Below are positions 21,033 to 31,369 of a stretch of 64,000 bases of DNA, piece by piece. The stretch is from Thermoplasmata archaeon. Lineage in GTDB: Archaea > Thermoplasmatota > Thermoplasmata > Thermoplasmatales > Thermoplasmataceae. Below the pieces are notes generated by a model, which was not told where the DNA came from, did no database searches, and worked only from the letters and a program-made list of their open reading frames with translations. Position 1 is the first letter of the stretch. Each line of letters opens with the position of its first letter. The translations under genes and the position numbers were made by a program. The stretch covers positions 13,090 through 77,089 of the forward strand of contig JAJYUG010000001.1 in NCBI GenBank assembly GCA_021792655.1. Reading direction: 5' to 3'.

Positions 21033-22346
21033 ATGCCCAATCCATTTTTTGAGGTTTCAGGAAAGAGCGAATTACTGACAGGGGATCTCGCTTTTCTTGG
21101 AGGGTCATTCATACCGGAAAATTTTCCTCACAGGGAGATCCAGATCGAGAAGATCGTATCTATACTGGGCAGTATAATGCGTGACACGAGGCCTTCCAAC
21201 ATAATCATATATGGAAAAACAGGCAGCGGAAAGACTTCAGCAACGCGGTACGTTTCAAGAATGCTTTCCGAGGCTGCCGGATCAAAAGTCAAAGTAGTGT
21301 ACGTCAACTGTCAGATCTTTGATTCTCCATATTCAATTCTTGTCGAAATGGCAAACTCACTTTCAAGTTCTGCGGATGAGGACATACCTGAGCTTGGTTT
21401 GCCACTGGATAGGATCTACAATGAACTTATGACCAGGGTCAATTCATTCAACAGGTTCCTCATTGTGGTCCTGGACGAAATCGACAAACTCGTGCTGAAA
21501 AACGGCGGTGATGCGTTATATTCCATTCTCAAAACCACTGATGATACATACGGTGGAAAAACATCAATCATAGGCATAACCAACGATACGGGATTCCAGG
21601 AGTCTCTTGACGCAAGGGTAAAGAGCAGGCTCAACCAGGAGAGTATCCTTTTCACTCCTTACAATGCTTCGGAGTTGAAGGATATACTGAATTACAGGAT
21701 AAAGGGAGTAGTAAGAGATGGGGCAATCGAGGACTCAGCCATCAATCTCTGTGCCGCAATTGGAGCGCAGGAACATGGAGATGCGAGGAAGGCCATAGAC
21801 CTATTGCGAATTTCAATAGAGGTTGCAATCCGCGGGAAGAAGGGGAAGGTAACCGATGCTGAAGTGTACAGCGCAAGGGATAAGTTCGAAATGGATGTGC
21901 TGAAGGAAGCCGTAACCACTCTTCCCATGCAGTCAAAGCTCGTTCTACTTTCGGCGGTGGTTACCCAGGAAATTGACTCCTCTTTAATGGTGACCGGGGA
22001 ACTGTATGAGAATTACAGGAGCATATGCACCGAACTAGGATTTCAGGCTCTTACCCCCAGACGAATCAGCGATATTATCTCGGAACTTGAGGATTTTGGC
22101 TTGATTTCATCGTCCGTCAAGAGTATGGGCAGGTATGGAAGAACAAGGATTATCCAGGTGATGGGCAATCTTGAATCAGTAAGGAAATATCTACTTGAGG
22201 ATGAGGACCTGTCTATGTTCCGTGGAGGTAAGATCACCAGGCAGTACAGATTTGTTACCGACTCCAAGGATCAGCAGAAAGCCAGGCCGGAAGACCTCAT
22301 GCAGAAGCTCGACGATCTTAGAGAATCAGTTCCGGATGACCGCTAG
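21033..22346 (+). CDS. cdc6: Orc1/Cdc6 replication initiator
   Basis: YGKTGSGKT, IVVLDEID, RVKSRL, PYNASEL.DIL, HGDARKAIDLLR, C-terminal winged helix with GRYGRT. Confidence 0.96.
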   Translation: MPNPFFEVSGKSELLTGDLAFLGGSFIPENFPHREIQIEKIVSILGSIMRDTRPSNIIIYGKTGSGKTSATRYVSRMLSEAAGSKVKVVYVNCQIFDSPYSILVEMANSLSSSADEDIPELGLPLDRIYNELMTRVNSFNRFLIVVLDEIDKLVLKNGGDALYSILKTTDDTYGGKTSIIGITNDTGFQESLDARVKSRLNQESILFTPYNASELKDILNYRIKGVVRDGAIEDSAINLCAAIGAQEHGDARKAIDLLRISIEVAIRGKKGKVTDAEVYSARDKFEMDVLKEAVTTLPMQSKLVLLSAVVTQEIDSSLMVTGELYENYRSICTELGFQALTPRRISDIISELEDFGLISSSVKSMGRYGRTRIIQVMGNLESVRKYLLEDEDLSMFRGGKITRQYRFVTDSKDQQKARPEDLMQKLDDLRESVPDDR

Positions 22347-22347
22347 T

Positions 22348-22995
22348 TTATGGAAATATGAGGCAGAGATCATCGGCCGCGTTGACTAGCTTATAGCCAT
22401 GATCTCGGGCGAAGTCTTCTGGTGCCTTGGTCCAGTCATAATTGTCCACAATGAAGAGTGGCTTGCTTTCAGCATATTTTCTCGCCGTTTCCAGTTCAAA
22501 CATCACGTGATTGTACTCATGCTGAGAGTCGTGGAAGAAAATATTAATATTTCCGTAGGACTTGAGCGCGTTTTCCAGAGTCTTCCTGGAATCCCCGATA
22601 ACGAGTTTCCATCCAGACTTGAGGTTCTCAGGTATCACCCACCCGACGGGAAGATCCACTTTCTCCTCTCCGTATTTTACGCCTAGATCAAAACTTATGA
22701 GCATTCCATCAGTTCCGCGCATCGCACTCAGTATCGCCGTAGTGGTTGTTCCAGGGCCAACTCCCGTTTCAGCTACCAGTTTCGGGCGCTTAAGCTTTAC
22801 ACATGCATAGATGATCTGGAGCTCATCATAGGAGACCTGCCAGTACTCCTTTCCGCCGATCTTTGTGTCAACGTAGTCAACAATTACTGAAGCCTCTTCC
22901 ATGGCCTTCTCGAAAGCTTCTTTCTTTGTTCCAAGGAATTTATACAGATACTCTTCATCAGCGTCTAGTTTTATCAAAGGTAAGCTCCTCTTCAA
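22348..22995 (-). CDS. Class I SAM-dependent methyltransferase (Methyltransf_24-like)
   Basis: VAETGVGPG, IGDS, FFHDSQHEY, IVDN. Confidence 0.85.
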   Translation of the reverse strand: MKRSLPLIKLDADEEYLYKFLGTKKEAFEKAMEEASVIVDYVDTKIGGKEYWQVSYDELQIIYACVKLKRPKLVAETGVGPGTTTTAILSAMRGTDGMLISFDLGVKYGEEKVDLPVGWVIPENLKSGWKLVIGDSRKTLENALKSYGNINIFFHDSQHEYNHVMFELETARKYAESKPLFIVDNYDWTKAPEDFARDHGYKLVNAADDLCLIFP

Positions 22996-23659
22996 CTTTC
23001 ATTACGCTCACTTTTACGTTCTGGTTCTTTTCCGCTTCTGTTTTGAACTCCATAGGATCCTGTTTTATCAGGTCAAAGGTGTTGTAGTGCATGGGAACCA
23101 CGTTTCGTGCTTTTATCATTCCGGCGGCCACAGCTGCCTCGTGCGGGCCCATGGTGTAGTGCCCGCCTATTGGAAGCAGGGCTACATCAGGTTTGTACAT
23201 TTCTCCTATGAGTTCCATGTCCTTGAAGACACCAGTATCTCCTGCGTGATAAACGGAGACTCCGTCTTCTATGATCATTCCAGTAGGACCTCCTGCGTAC
23301 TTCCCATTATAGCCTGAGGAGTGCGTGGCAAGCACCGCGCTGACAGTGATGCCGTCGACCCTAGTCCTGCCGCTGTAGTTAATGCCAATTGTGTTGAGAC
23401 CCTTATTTTCCTCTTCAAGAATCCACGCAAGTTCGACCATTGTAACCAGGGGGACACCGTTTTTCTTTGCTATATAGACGGAATCTCCGACATGATCAGA
23501 GTGCCCGTGAGTTACAACAACAAGGTCCGCTTTCACATCCTCCTTCTTTATTTTTGCAACAGGATTACCTGTGATGAACGGGTCAACAACAACTTTTTTG
23601 CCGAAGTTCAGGGTGAAACAGGCATGCCCATGCCACTGAATTGAAACTTTTTCTGTCAT
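22958..23659 (-). CDS. Metallo-beta-lactamase-fold hydrolase (UPF0173)
   Basis: WHGHACF, VDPF, THGHSDH, YHAGDT, LPIGG, PMHYNTF; start moved to MTEKVS. Confidence 0.92.
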   Translation of the reverse strand: MTEKVSIQWHGHACFTLNFGKKVVVDPFITGNPVAKIKKEDVKADLVVVTHGHSDHVGDSVYIAKKNGVPLVTMVELAWILEEENKGLNTIGINYSGRTRVDGITVSAVLATHSSGYNGKYAGGPTGMIIEDGVSVYHAGDTGVFKDMELIGEMYKPDVALLPIGGHYTMGPHEAAVAAGMIKARNVVPMHYNTFDLIKQDPMEFKTEAEKNQNVKVSVMKVEEELTFDKTRR

Positions 23660-23744
23660 GAATTGAAATGATGTCAAGAGATAAATTATTTTCCCCATTA
23701 ATCAGGGATAGGAAAGTTGTTATAGCGCGTAGAATTTAGCCCCA

Positions 23745-24320
23745 GTGGACCTGGTATCAGCTGCCTTACTCGGAATCATTCTCGGGGTATCTCTAGCAGC
23801 TCCGCCGGGCCCGATCACGGCAATGATCGTGGACAAGGCATCCCGATCGGCATTGGGTGGTGTATCGGTTGGTTTCGGTGCAATGTCAGCTGATTTTATA
23901 TTGCTGATCTTGGTTTTTTCATTTGGTTATACAGTCTCACTGGAAAGGTATGATCAGCTAATATATCTTGCGGGAGCTGCTGTTTTCTTCATTATGGCAT
24001 ATATAATAGCCAGATCGCGTGACAGTTCTGCCACAGTGCCACAACGATCTTCAGGTTACGCATCCGGCCTGCTGGTTGGAATAATGAATCCTTTCCAGAT
24101 AATATGGTGGTTTACGGCTGGTCTAGGATTCTATGAAAAATTTGGCTACTTTCCCTTCCTCTTTCTATTTGCGGGCACCACCCTGTGGGTATTTGCTCTC
24201 GGCTATTCAATAAGGTACTCGGTCATAAAATTTGGAGGCAGGGTAAAGGAGATTACAAAGGGTTTCAGCACCGTAGCACTGATCGCCTTCGGAATCTATT
24301 TCGTTTCTCTGGTGCTCTGA
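23745..24320 (+). CDS. LysE-family amino-acid exporter
   Basis: SLAAPPGP, GFGAMSAD, NPFQIIWW. Confidence 0.9.
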   Translation: MDLVSAALLGIILGVSLAAPPGPITAMIVDKASRSALGGVSVGFGAMSADFILLILVFSFGYTVSLERYDQLIYLAGAAVFFIMAYIIARSRDSSATVPQRSSGYASGLLVGIMNPFQIIWWFTAGLGFYEKFGYFPFLFLFAGTTLWVFALGYSIRYSVIKFGGRVKEITKGFSTVALIAFGIYFVSLVL

Positions 24321-24322
24321 CC

Positions 24323-25249
24323 CTATATCACTCTGTCTGCGAAGGTTTTGAACGGGTCAACGTTCGTATATCCGTCAGTGCCTGCAACTATCTGTTCCGC
24401 AGGAGGATTTTTCAAGTAGTCTGGCACGTACTCCGCTATCCTCTTTACAAAGCTTGGAATCGCCCTGTTGTCGTAAAACACACCGATTGGTATTTTGTCA
24501 TCCCACTCAAGCCCTCTCTTGTAGGCGTTGCTGAATTTTTCATTCGCGGCTTCAGCAGGCATTTCCGGCATGACAACTGGATCCCATGCCTTCTCATCAT
24601 CCATCTTGTAGACCTTGCTCCTGTACCATTCCATGGTGTTTATGTTATTGTAAGTGGGGCATGGCTGGAGAACGTCTATAAACGAGGATCCTTCGTGCGT
24701 TACCGCCTTCTTTATTAGATCCTTGAGGTGTTTTGTGTCAAAGGAGAATCCCCTTGCAACAAATGAGTATCCGGAGGAAAGAGCCATTGTTATTGGATTT
24801 ACCTTGCCGAATACATTTGGCTTTGTAAGTCCCTTGGTCTTTTCGCCAAGCGCCATGGTTGGAGCTGCCTGCCCCTTGGTAAGGCCGTAAACCTCATTGT
24901 CGTATAGTATAATGGTCAATCCCGTATTTCTTCTCCCTTCGGCTACAAAATGACCCGCACCTATGCTTAACATGTCCCCATCACCGCTCGTGACGATCAC
25001 TTTCAGTCTGGGGTTTGCCAGCTTGACTCCCGTGGCATACGGTATTGATCTTCCATGGAGGGTGTGTATACCGGCCATGTTAAGGTAGTGTGGAGTCTTT
25101 CCAGAGCATCCAATCCCTGAAACCGCAACCACGTCATTTGGTCCGTAATTCAACTCCGTAAGTGCCTGCGTCAGTCCCGTAACGATACCAAAATCACCGC
25201 ATCCGGGGCACCAGTCTATTGCAACGTCAGATCTAAAATTATGCGCCAT
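24323..25249 (-). CDS. 2-oxoacid:ferredoxin oxidoreductase beta subunit
   Basis: WCPGCGDFG, SGIGCS, GDGD, NEVYGLTKGQ, QPCPTYN. Confidence 0.96.
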   Translation of the reverse strand: MAHNFRSDVAIDWCPGCGDFGIVTGLTQALTELNYGPNDVVAVSGIGCSGKTPHYLNMAGIHTLHGRSIPYATGVKLANPRLKVIVTSGDGDMLSIGAGHFVAEGRRNTGLTIILYDNEVYGLTKGQAAPTMALGEKTKGLTKPNVFGKVNPITMALSSGYSFVARGFSFDTKHLKDLIKKAVTHEGSSFIDVLQPCPTYNNINTMEWYRSKVYKMDDEKAWDPVVMPEMPAEAANEKFSNAYKRGLEWDDKIPIGVFYDNRAIPSFVKRIAEYVPDYLKNPPAEQIVAGTDGYTNVDPFKTFADRVI

Positions 25250-27137
25250 TTTCCAACACCACTATTTTCTTCTTCTTGCTTACTATATCCGCTGTGGCAG
25301 ATACCAGCTCATCTTCTGTTATATGCCTTCCATTGTACTTCAAGATGAAGTTTGTCACTTCAAAACCAGTATTCATCCTGATTACCTTTGCCGCCTGTCC
25401 GGTCATATTGCTTTCCACGTCTATGATTGTTCCGGCTTTTTTAAGGAATTTGTCAACAAATTTAGACGGAAACGGTTCGAACATCTTCAGGTAAAGCATG
25501 TTAGCTTCGATGCCCTTTGCCTTAAGTGCGTCTATTGAATCGAGTATTACACCCTTCTGGCTGCCCCACGTTATGAACGTGATCCTGGCATCCTTCTTTC
25601 CATAGACCTGAACTTTATCCTCATCCGGTATTTCTTCATCTGCAACTTTCAGTTTGGTGAACCTCTTCTCCATCATCCTGTCCCTTATAATGGGGTCTTC
25701 AGTGACGTGTCCCAGTTCATCATGCTCGTCTCCCGTCATCCAGAATATGTCCTTTCCGAATATCCCCATGGGCGATACGCCATTTTTCGTGTCAAGGGTA
25801 TATCGCTTGAAATCTGTCTTGTTTTCAGTCCTCAGCGACTGTTCAACCTTGATTTTCTTCGTATCAATCTCTGGAACGAAGTCAGAGGTATTGGCCAGGT
25901 TCTTATCTATCAGGTGTATCACCGGAAGCTGGTAACGCTGGGCGTAATTTAGTGCCTTCATGGAATCGTATATACACTCCTCGACATCACCTGAGGATAT
26001 CACCATCTTGGGAAACTCGCCGTGCCCCGTGTTCAGGGCGAACATAAGATCAGCCTGTCCATTTCTTGTCGGCAGTCCTGTGCTCGGTCCTCCCCTCTGG
26101 TAAAAAGTAACGACAACTGGAATCTCATCTATTCCCGCAAAGGAAATGGCCTCAGCCATCAGTGAGAATCCCGGTCCACTTGTTGCCGTAGCGCTTCTTG
26201 CTCCAGTTATGGCAGCCCCTTCAGCCATGGTTATGGCAGAGAGCTCATCTTCAGTCTGTACAACTGTAACTCCGCCGCTGGATAGTTTCTCATTCTCATT
26301 AGACAGCCACTTTATGTCCTCGTGTTCCTCAAGGATCGAACTCTCATCGCTAGCAGGCGTTATTGGATAATAGGTCTGGAATCTCAGACCACCCATGATC
26401 TTTCCAAGAGCTGCACCGTCATTTCCCGTGAGAAGCATACGGGGAGCTGCATCCATGTCAGGGAGCGTCTCTCCAGCCAGTCCGTTCTCCACACAGTATT
26501 TGTAAGCCGCATCAACAACTTTAACGTTCAGGGCAATTACTTTCTCTTTATTTCCGAATATGTGCTTCAGAGAATCTCTTGTGAATTTCTGGTCAAGCCC
26601 GATTATGGATAGCGTGAGCGATGCGCCAAGAACATTGTAGTATCTGGTTGCGGGGCCATCCAGTTCCGTGCCCTCAAGAACCTTGGAAAATGGTATGCCC
26701 ATTATCTTTGCTCCTCTGTTCTTCATGAGTGCAAGTGCGCCCTTTACGTTGAGTTCAAGCTTGTTTTCCTGGAGGGTGCTGTTTATTCTCTTCGCAGTAT
26801 CCCTCATAATCATCCTTGCCTGTGCAAGTTCTGCTTTTTCATCATTTGTATCGTAAAGAACAACTGTTCCAGTGGCAACGTCTTCCAGGTGCTCAAAAAT
26901 GGTGTCTGGATCAAGCGCGACGAGAAAATCAAGAGGGTACTTAAGAGACCTGGGTCTTTCTTCCCTTATTCTCAGGTGCACATAACTGTGTCTTCCCTTA
27001 ATGTTTGAGTGGAATTCTCTTACGCCCAGAACATTATATCCTGAAGATGCAAAAGCTCTGCTTATCAAGTTTGAAGATGTGTCTATACCTCCTCCTTGGG
27101 GTCCACCAATCGAGAGGTTTAGGTCTATGTTCGACAT
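25239..27137 (-). CDS. 2-oxoacid:ferredoxin oxidoreductase alpha subunit (gamma-alpha fusion)
   Basis: GGPQGGGI, YPITPAS, QTEDE, TSGPGFSLM, QRGGPSTGLPT. Confidence 0.96.
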   Translation of the reverse strand: MSNIDLNLSIGGPQGGGIDTSSNLISRAFASSGYNVLGVREFHSNIKGRHSYVHLRIREERPRSLKYPLDFLVALDPDTIFEHLEDVATGTVVLYDTNDEKAELAQARMIMRDTAKRINSTLQENKLELNVKGALALMKNRGAKIMGIPFSKVLEGTELDGPATRYYNVLGASLTLSIIGLDQKFTRDSLKHIFGNKEKVIALNVKVVDAAYKYCVENGLAGETLPDMDAAPRMLLTGNDGAALGKIMGGLRFQTYYPITPASDESSILEEHEDIKWLSNENEKLSSGGVTVVQTEDELSAITMAEGAAITGARSATATSGPGFSLMAEAISFAGIDEIPVVVTFYQRGGPSTGLPTRNGQADLMFALNTGHGEFPKMVISSGDVEECIYDSMKALNYAQRYQLPVIHLIDKNLANTSDFVPEIDTKKIKVEQSLRTENKTDFKRYTLDTKNGVSPMGIFGKDIFWMTGDEHDELGHVTEDPIIRDRMMEKRFTKLKVADEEIPDEDKVQVYGKKDARITFITWGSQKGVILDSIDALKAKGIEANMLYLKMFEPFPSKFVDKFLKKAGTIIDVESNMTGQAAKVIRMNTGFEVTNFILKYNGRHITEDELVSATADIVSKKKKIVVLENGA

Positions 27138-27293
27138 TGCTACAGGGATTTCAATCTCATTCTAATATCTTTCTTAGAAGTGAGGTTTTAAGCTAATTGA
27201 GTAAACTTGAAATTACGCCTCTCCACATAATATGGACTCATTTCATTGAATCTTTTGCAACATTTTAATTAAATCGTGGTATTACACCTTGAG

Positions 27294-27584
27294 ATGTACA
27301 AGATATTTTCACTTAAGAAGGATAAGCGAAAGACGCTTGATTCACTTCTTGCAGATGACATCGTAGGCAGGCAGACGATTATATACAAAAATGCTGAAAA
27401 TTATGGCGGCAAGGATGACTCCCTTTTCATTCTTATCGAGGGGTTGCCTGACGTTTTTTCCAGGATAGCCGAACTTAAACCAGAAGGGCTTGATGAGGTC
27501 AAAAATTCAGAAGGTATATACAAGCAGATAAAGAACGAAGAGGACGAGGCGGAGAGCGGAATGGGCTTCATGTTTGGGCAGTGA
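27294..27584 (+). CDS. Small conserved-looking archaeal hypothetical protein
   Basis: 96-aa ORF ending AESGMGFMFG; 4 nt upstream of the next gene. Confidence 0.7.
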   Translation: MYKIFSLKKDKRKTLDSLLADDIVGRQTIIYKNAENYGGKDDSLFILIEGLPDVFSRIAELKPEGLDEVKNSEGIYKQIKNEEDEAESGMGFMFGQ

Positions 27585-27588
27585 TACT

Positions 27589-28122
27589 ATGATTCTGGTA
27601 ACAGGGATGCCTGGGGCAGGGAAGGACGAGTTTATCAGCGTGGCTAACAATTTTGGATTCAAGGATGTTCACATGGGTAACACGGTGAGGAAGTACGCTG
27701 TTGAGAATGGCATTGAACTCAGGGATCACGAAGTTGGAGCTTTCGCATCAAAGGAACGTGAAAAACATGGTATGCATATATGGGCACAGCGTACATGCCT
27801 ATACATAGAAGACAATGAGAGCACCATAATAGATGGATTACGCAATTACGAGGAACTGGAGTACTTCCAGAAGAAATTCTCAACGCTCTCCGTTGTTGCC
27901 ATATTTGCCAACAGGAGAGACCGGCTCGACAGGATAATGAAAAGAAACCGTCCAGATGACATAAAGTCTGAGACTGAACTGCTGGATCGGGACAAAAGGG
28001 AATTATCGTGGGGCCTTGGAAATCTCATAGCTCTCGCAGATTACATGCTTGTCAATGACTCCACCCTTGATGTTTTCAAGGAAAGAACTTCAGAATTCAT
28101 GAAGACCCATATTCTGAGGTAA
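27589..28122 (+). CDS. UPF0200 nucleotide-kinase-like P-loop protein (dephospho-CoA-kinase-like)
   Basis: ILVTGMPGAGK, IDGLR, R.R.DD, RDKREL.WG, ALAD. Confidence 0.88.
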   Translation: MILVTGMPGAGKDEFISVANNFGFKDVHMGNTVRKYAVENGIELRDHEVGAFASKEREKHGMHIWAQRTCLYIEDNESTIIDGLRNYEELEYFQKKFSTLSVVAIFANRRDRLDRIMKRNRPDDIKSETELLDRDKRELSWGLGNLIALADYMLVNDSTLDVFKERTSEFMKTHILR

Positions 28123-28131
28123 GCAGCCGGC

Positions 28132-28941
28132 TTACTTTCTTAAAATGAAGTCAACGACAGAATCAAAGAAGTCCTTGCCGGTCCCATTGGGATCATTTTT
28201 CTCATTTCCCATCATCTGGAAATTATAGTAAACACGCTCTGGATGCGGCATAAGGCCAATTACGTTGCCAGCGGGGTTTGTTATTGCTGCAATATCCTTC
28301 ACGGATCCGTTAGGATTCCATGGATATCCGCATCCCGTTCCGTCGGGATTGGAATAGCGAAACAGTATCTGTCCGTTCTCGTCTATGGCATCAATGATCT
28401 TCATATCAGAAGCCAGGACCCTGCCCTCAGCGTGCGCCACTGGAACCTGCCTCGGTTTTCCATTGGAGAATCTGGCGCTGAACATCTTGTTCCGGGAAGT
28501 CATCCTGATATACACATATCTGCATTCGAACCTGCTGGAGATATTGGGTGCAAGTGTCACAACCCTATCCTGCCTGCCGCCGATATCTGGAATCAATCCC
28601 AGTTCTGCCAGTACCTGGAATCCATTGCAAATTCCTATCACCGGTTTTTCACTGCTGATAAATCGTACAAGTTTGTCCATCACGGAAAATCGTAGTCTGG
28701 CAGCGAATATTGCACCAGCTCTCACGTAGTCCCCCGCAGAGAATCCTCCAGGTATAAATATGGCCGAAAAATCCTCAAGATCAATGTGCCCACGGCTTAT
28801 CTCGTTTATATGTACGTATTCTGGTTCGGCTCCACTCCGGCGAAATGAATGGAACGCCTCATCCTCATTGTTTGTGCCCTCCATCCGGAGGATCGCAACC
28901 CTTGGTTTGTCAGATTCTGGTAAAATGGACTTACTGTCCAC
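28132..28941 (-). CDS. purQ: Phosphoribosylformylglycinamidine synthase I
   Basis: [36 protein letters not shown]. Confidence 0.96.
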   Translation of the reverse strand: MDSKSILPESDKPRVAILRMEGTNNEDEAFHSFRRSGAEPEYVHINEISRGHIDLEDFSAIFIPGGFSAGDYVRAGAIFAARLRFSVMDKLVRFISSEKPVIGICNGFQVLAELGLIPDIGGRQDRVVTLAPNISSRFECRYVYIRMTSRNKMFSARFSNGKPRQVPVAHAEGRVLASDMKIIDAIDENGQILFRYSNPDGTGCGYPWNPNGSVKDIAAITNPAGNVIGLMPHPERVYYNFQMMGNEKNDPNGTGKDFFDSVVDFILRK

Positions 28942-29080
28942 CTCTCCTCTCCTTCGCTTTCATTCTCAGGCCAGTATAGCCGCACTTTCTGCACCTTTCA
29001 GCTCTTGGTGAATTTCTCGCGTTGCATCTCATACAAATTTTCTTGTTAAGTCTTCTTTCTACTGCTTCAGGAAACGCCAT
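28931..29080 (-). CDS. rpl40e: 50S ribosomal protein L40e (49 aa, not in the ORF track)
   Basis: Manual translation [49 protein letters not shown]. Confidence 0.95.
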   Translation of the reverse strand: MAFPEAVERRLNKKICMRCNARNSPRAERCRKCGYTGLRMKAKERRGGQ

Positions 29081-29198
29081 TTCTTTCGACCCGTTATTAT
29101 TATATCCACAATAAATGTAGCGTGAGTCAATTGTGAAACTGTATAAGGATTTTTTTATTTTTCGTGATAGAAAAGGGCTCGTGAAAAAAGGGAAAAGG

Positions 29199-29570
29199 TC
29201 ACTTTACCTTGGCCTTCTCAGAAACCTTAACTATGGCAAAAATCACTACGACTACAAGCAGGAATGTTATTAGTGCTCCCAGAAACTGACCGACAAGGAA
29301 AGGACCGAATGATATGTCCTGCCAGACCACGCCTGGAGGAGTCGCGTACTGGATTATTGGCATTAAGAGGTCAGATACCAGCGCCTGCACCAGGGTTCCA
29401 AGATAGAGGCCAAGTATAAAAGCTACAGCCATTCCCATTACTTTGTATTGCGAGAGGAAGTCCTTGAACTCACCCAGAAAGTTCTTTGGAGGTGCTTTAG
29501 GAGGGGGTGGTTTAGGCTCAAGTAGCGTCCTGATTTTTCTCAGCTCCTCAAGTATAGCATCATCTGCCAT
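29199..29570 (-). CDS. mscL: Large-conductance mechanosensitive channel family protein
   Basis: [39 protein letters not shown]. Confidence 0.9.
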   Translation of the reverse strand: MADDAILEELRKIRTLLEPKPPPPKAPPKNFLGEFKDFLSQYKVMGMAVAFILGLYLGTLVQALVSDLLMPIIQYATPPGVVWQDISFGPFLVGQFLGALITFLLVVVVIFAIVKVSEKAKVK

Positions 29571-29686
29571 GTGAAAAGAATCCCAAATCTAAATATAAAT
29601 GATTTTGCTTCCGGAAATCCGTAGTTTCAGGCACTTTCCCCAAAAAAAGTCAAATCATGAATACAGATGCATTCAAAATCCAGGGG

Positions 29687-31252
29687 TCACCTCAAGTATG
29701 GCAACACTATTTCGTATACCAGAATCATAATTATGATGAAACTCATGGTATTGATTATCATTCTCACGTTCCTCTCGTTTCTCAGGAATCCCAGTCTCTT
29801 CCTCCTTCCCCATATTGTCAGAGTGTCCCTGAGAAATTGGCTGCCATCAAAGACTGAAATTGGGAGGATGTTGGATAAACCGAGAAGGAAATTTATCCAG
29901 AAAAACCAATACGTCATATTCACGATGCCCCAGAATAGTGCCGGCAGAAATGGTGTGACAAATAAGGTTTGCAAATAGACTGGAACGGGAGAAAGGCCAA
30001 GGAACGGAAGCGCAATGGCGTAAATTGATCCGGTAAGGCCCCCAGTGAGAATTGTCCCGCCAAATATTGAGGTAGCTACATCGCTGATGGGCGCCCCGGT
30101 CATTCCAAGATAGGTCGTCTCTATCCCAATAAAGCTCTGTGTTTTGTAAGAGTTACTGTTTCCTGACGGGTCATTGCTCTGATAATATGAATATTTTGAA
30201 ACTGAAACCATGCTGAACGTGCCGGTTGTGGTATGCTGTGTGGTCTTATTGAAATACAATACTGAAAGGGTTACTCTGTTATGTGGTGCTATGCTGTCCA
30301 GAATGCTTGAGAGTTCATTCTGATTGTAAACCGTTTGGTTGTTTATGCTCAGTATTATGGAACCGTTAAGCTCAGCGTAATTCGCTGCGGGGTAGCCTGG
30401 AATCGTGTCCACTATGTCAACTCCTGCCCTCATCTGTGTTGCTTGTTTAATCCCGTCGTATACGAACGATGCGTTTTGCAGTGTGCCTGGGTATATTTGT
30501 GATTGTGTGGTAAGGTTGTTGACAGAGTTTCCGGTGTAGTTACCATAGGAGGTCAGGAGGCTGCCGGTAGGAACATTTGTGTTTTGTACAACAGTCATGG
30601 GCGATATCTGCTCCACGTACATCCCGTTGCTCACAACATGCGCAGAGGGCATCAGCAGAAAGATCAGTACAAGGATTGAGACTATTGCAATAACAATGTT
30701 TATTCCAGGGCCAGCCGCGACTATTCTTCTTCTCACAACCGGATCAGCGTTGATCATTTCCTTTTCATCGGGCTCGACGAATGCTCCAAGGGGGACTATG
30801 AATATAAGGGCACCAACAGAGTTTACTTTCAGGTTCTGCCTTCTAGCAACAACACCATGCATGAACTCGTGTACCACTACGGAGACTACAAGCGCGATCC
30901 CGCCATAGACAATCGGTATTGCCGGGTTTATTCCCGGAAGTGCAAGGTACAGGGCCGGAGAAGGCGCAGAAACTATTCTTACTGATGAAATAAGCACGGT
31001 CTCATAAACTATGAAGAAAAGGGCAAAAACAAGAGTTATGAATGATAGCACTACCGACAATTTTCCAAAAAGCAAGCCAGGAAAACGCTTGGCCACCCTG
31101 TCGAGTACGCCCCTGTTCTTTGTTGTCTTTATCATCAGAGCGGGGCCCAGCGTTGAGAAGTGTTTTGTCCTGCCTATTCTCTCCTTCAGGTACAGTATTA
31201 TAACTATCCATGCAAAGATAAGGAAAATGGCGATCTCTAGCCCAGAAATCAT
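29687..31252 (-). CDS. Site-2 protease (peptidase M50) with PDZ-like insert
   Basis: HEFMH, GAFVEP, AAGPGIN, NILPISVFDG. Confidence 0.93.
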   Translation of the reverse strand: MISGLEIAIFLIFAWIVIILYLKERIGRTKHFSTLGPALMIKTTKNRGVLDRVAKRFPGLLFGKLSVVLSFITLVFALFFIVYETVLISSVRIVSAPSPALYLALPGINPAIPIVYGGIALVVSVVVHEFMHGVVARRQNLKVNSVGALIFIVPLGAFVEPDEKEMINADPVVRRRIVAAGPGINIVIAIVSILVLIFLLMPSAHVVSNGMYVEQISPMTVVQNTNVPTGSLLTSYGNYTGNSVNNLTTQSQIYPGTLQNASFVYDGIKQATQMRAGVDIVDTIPGYPAANYAELNGSIILSINNQTVYNQNELSSILDSIAPHNRVTLSVLYFNKTTQHTTTGTFSMVSVSKYSYYQSNDPSGNSNSYKTQSFIGIETTYLGMTGAPISDVATSIFGGTILTGGLTGSIYAIALPFLGLSPVPVYLQTLFVTPFLPALFWGIVNMTYWFFWINFLLGLSNILPISVFDGSQFLRDTLTIWGRRKRLGFLRNERNVRMIINTMSFIIIMILVYEIVLPYLR

Positions 31253-31369
31253 TTTAGGCTGATTTAGTCAATACTATTATAGTTTTTTGGACCAGTATGA
31301 AATCCAGAATTTGTATACTCGTCATATAGGTAAAGTTTTTAACAATCATTTCCATAGTTACTTGATATC

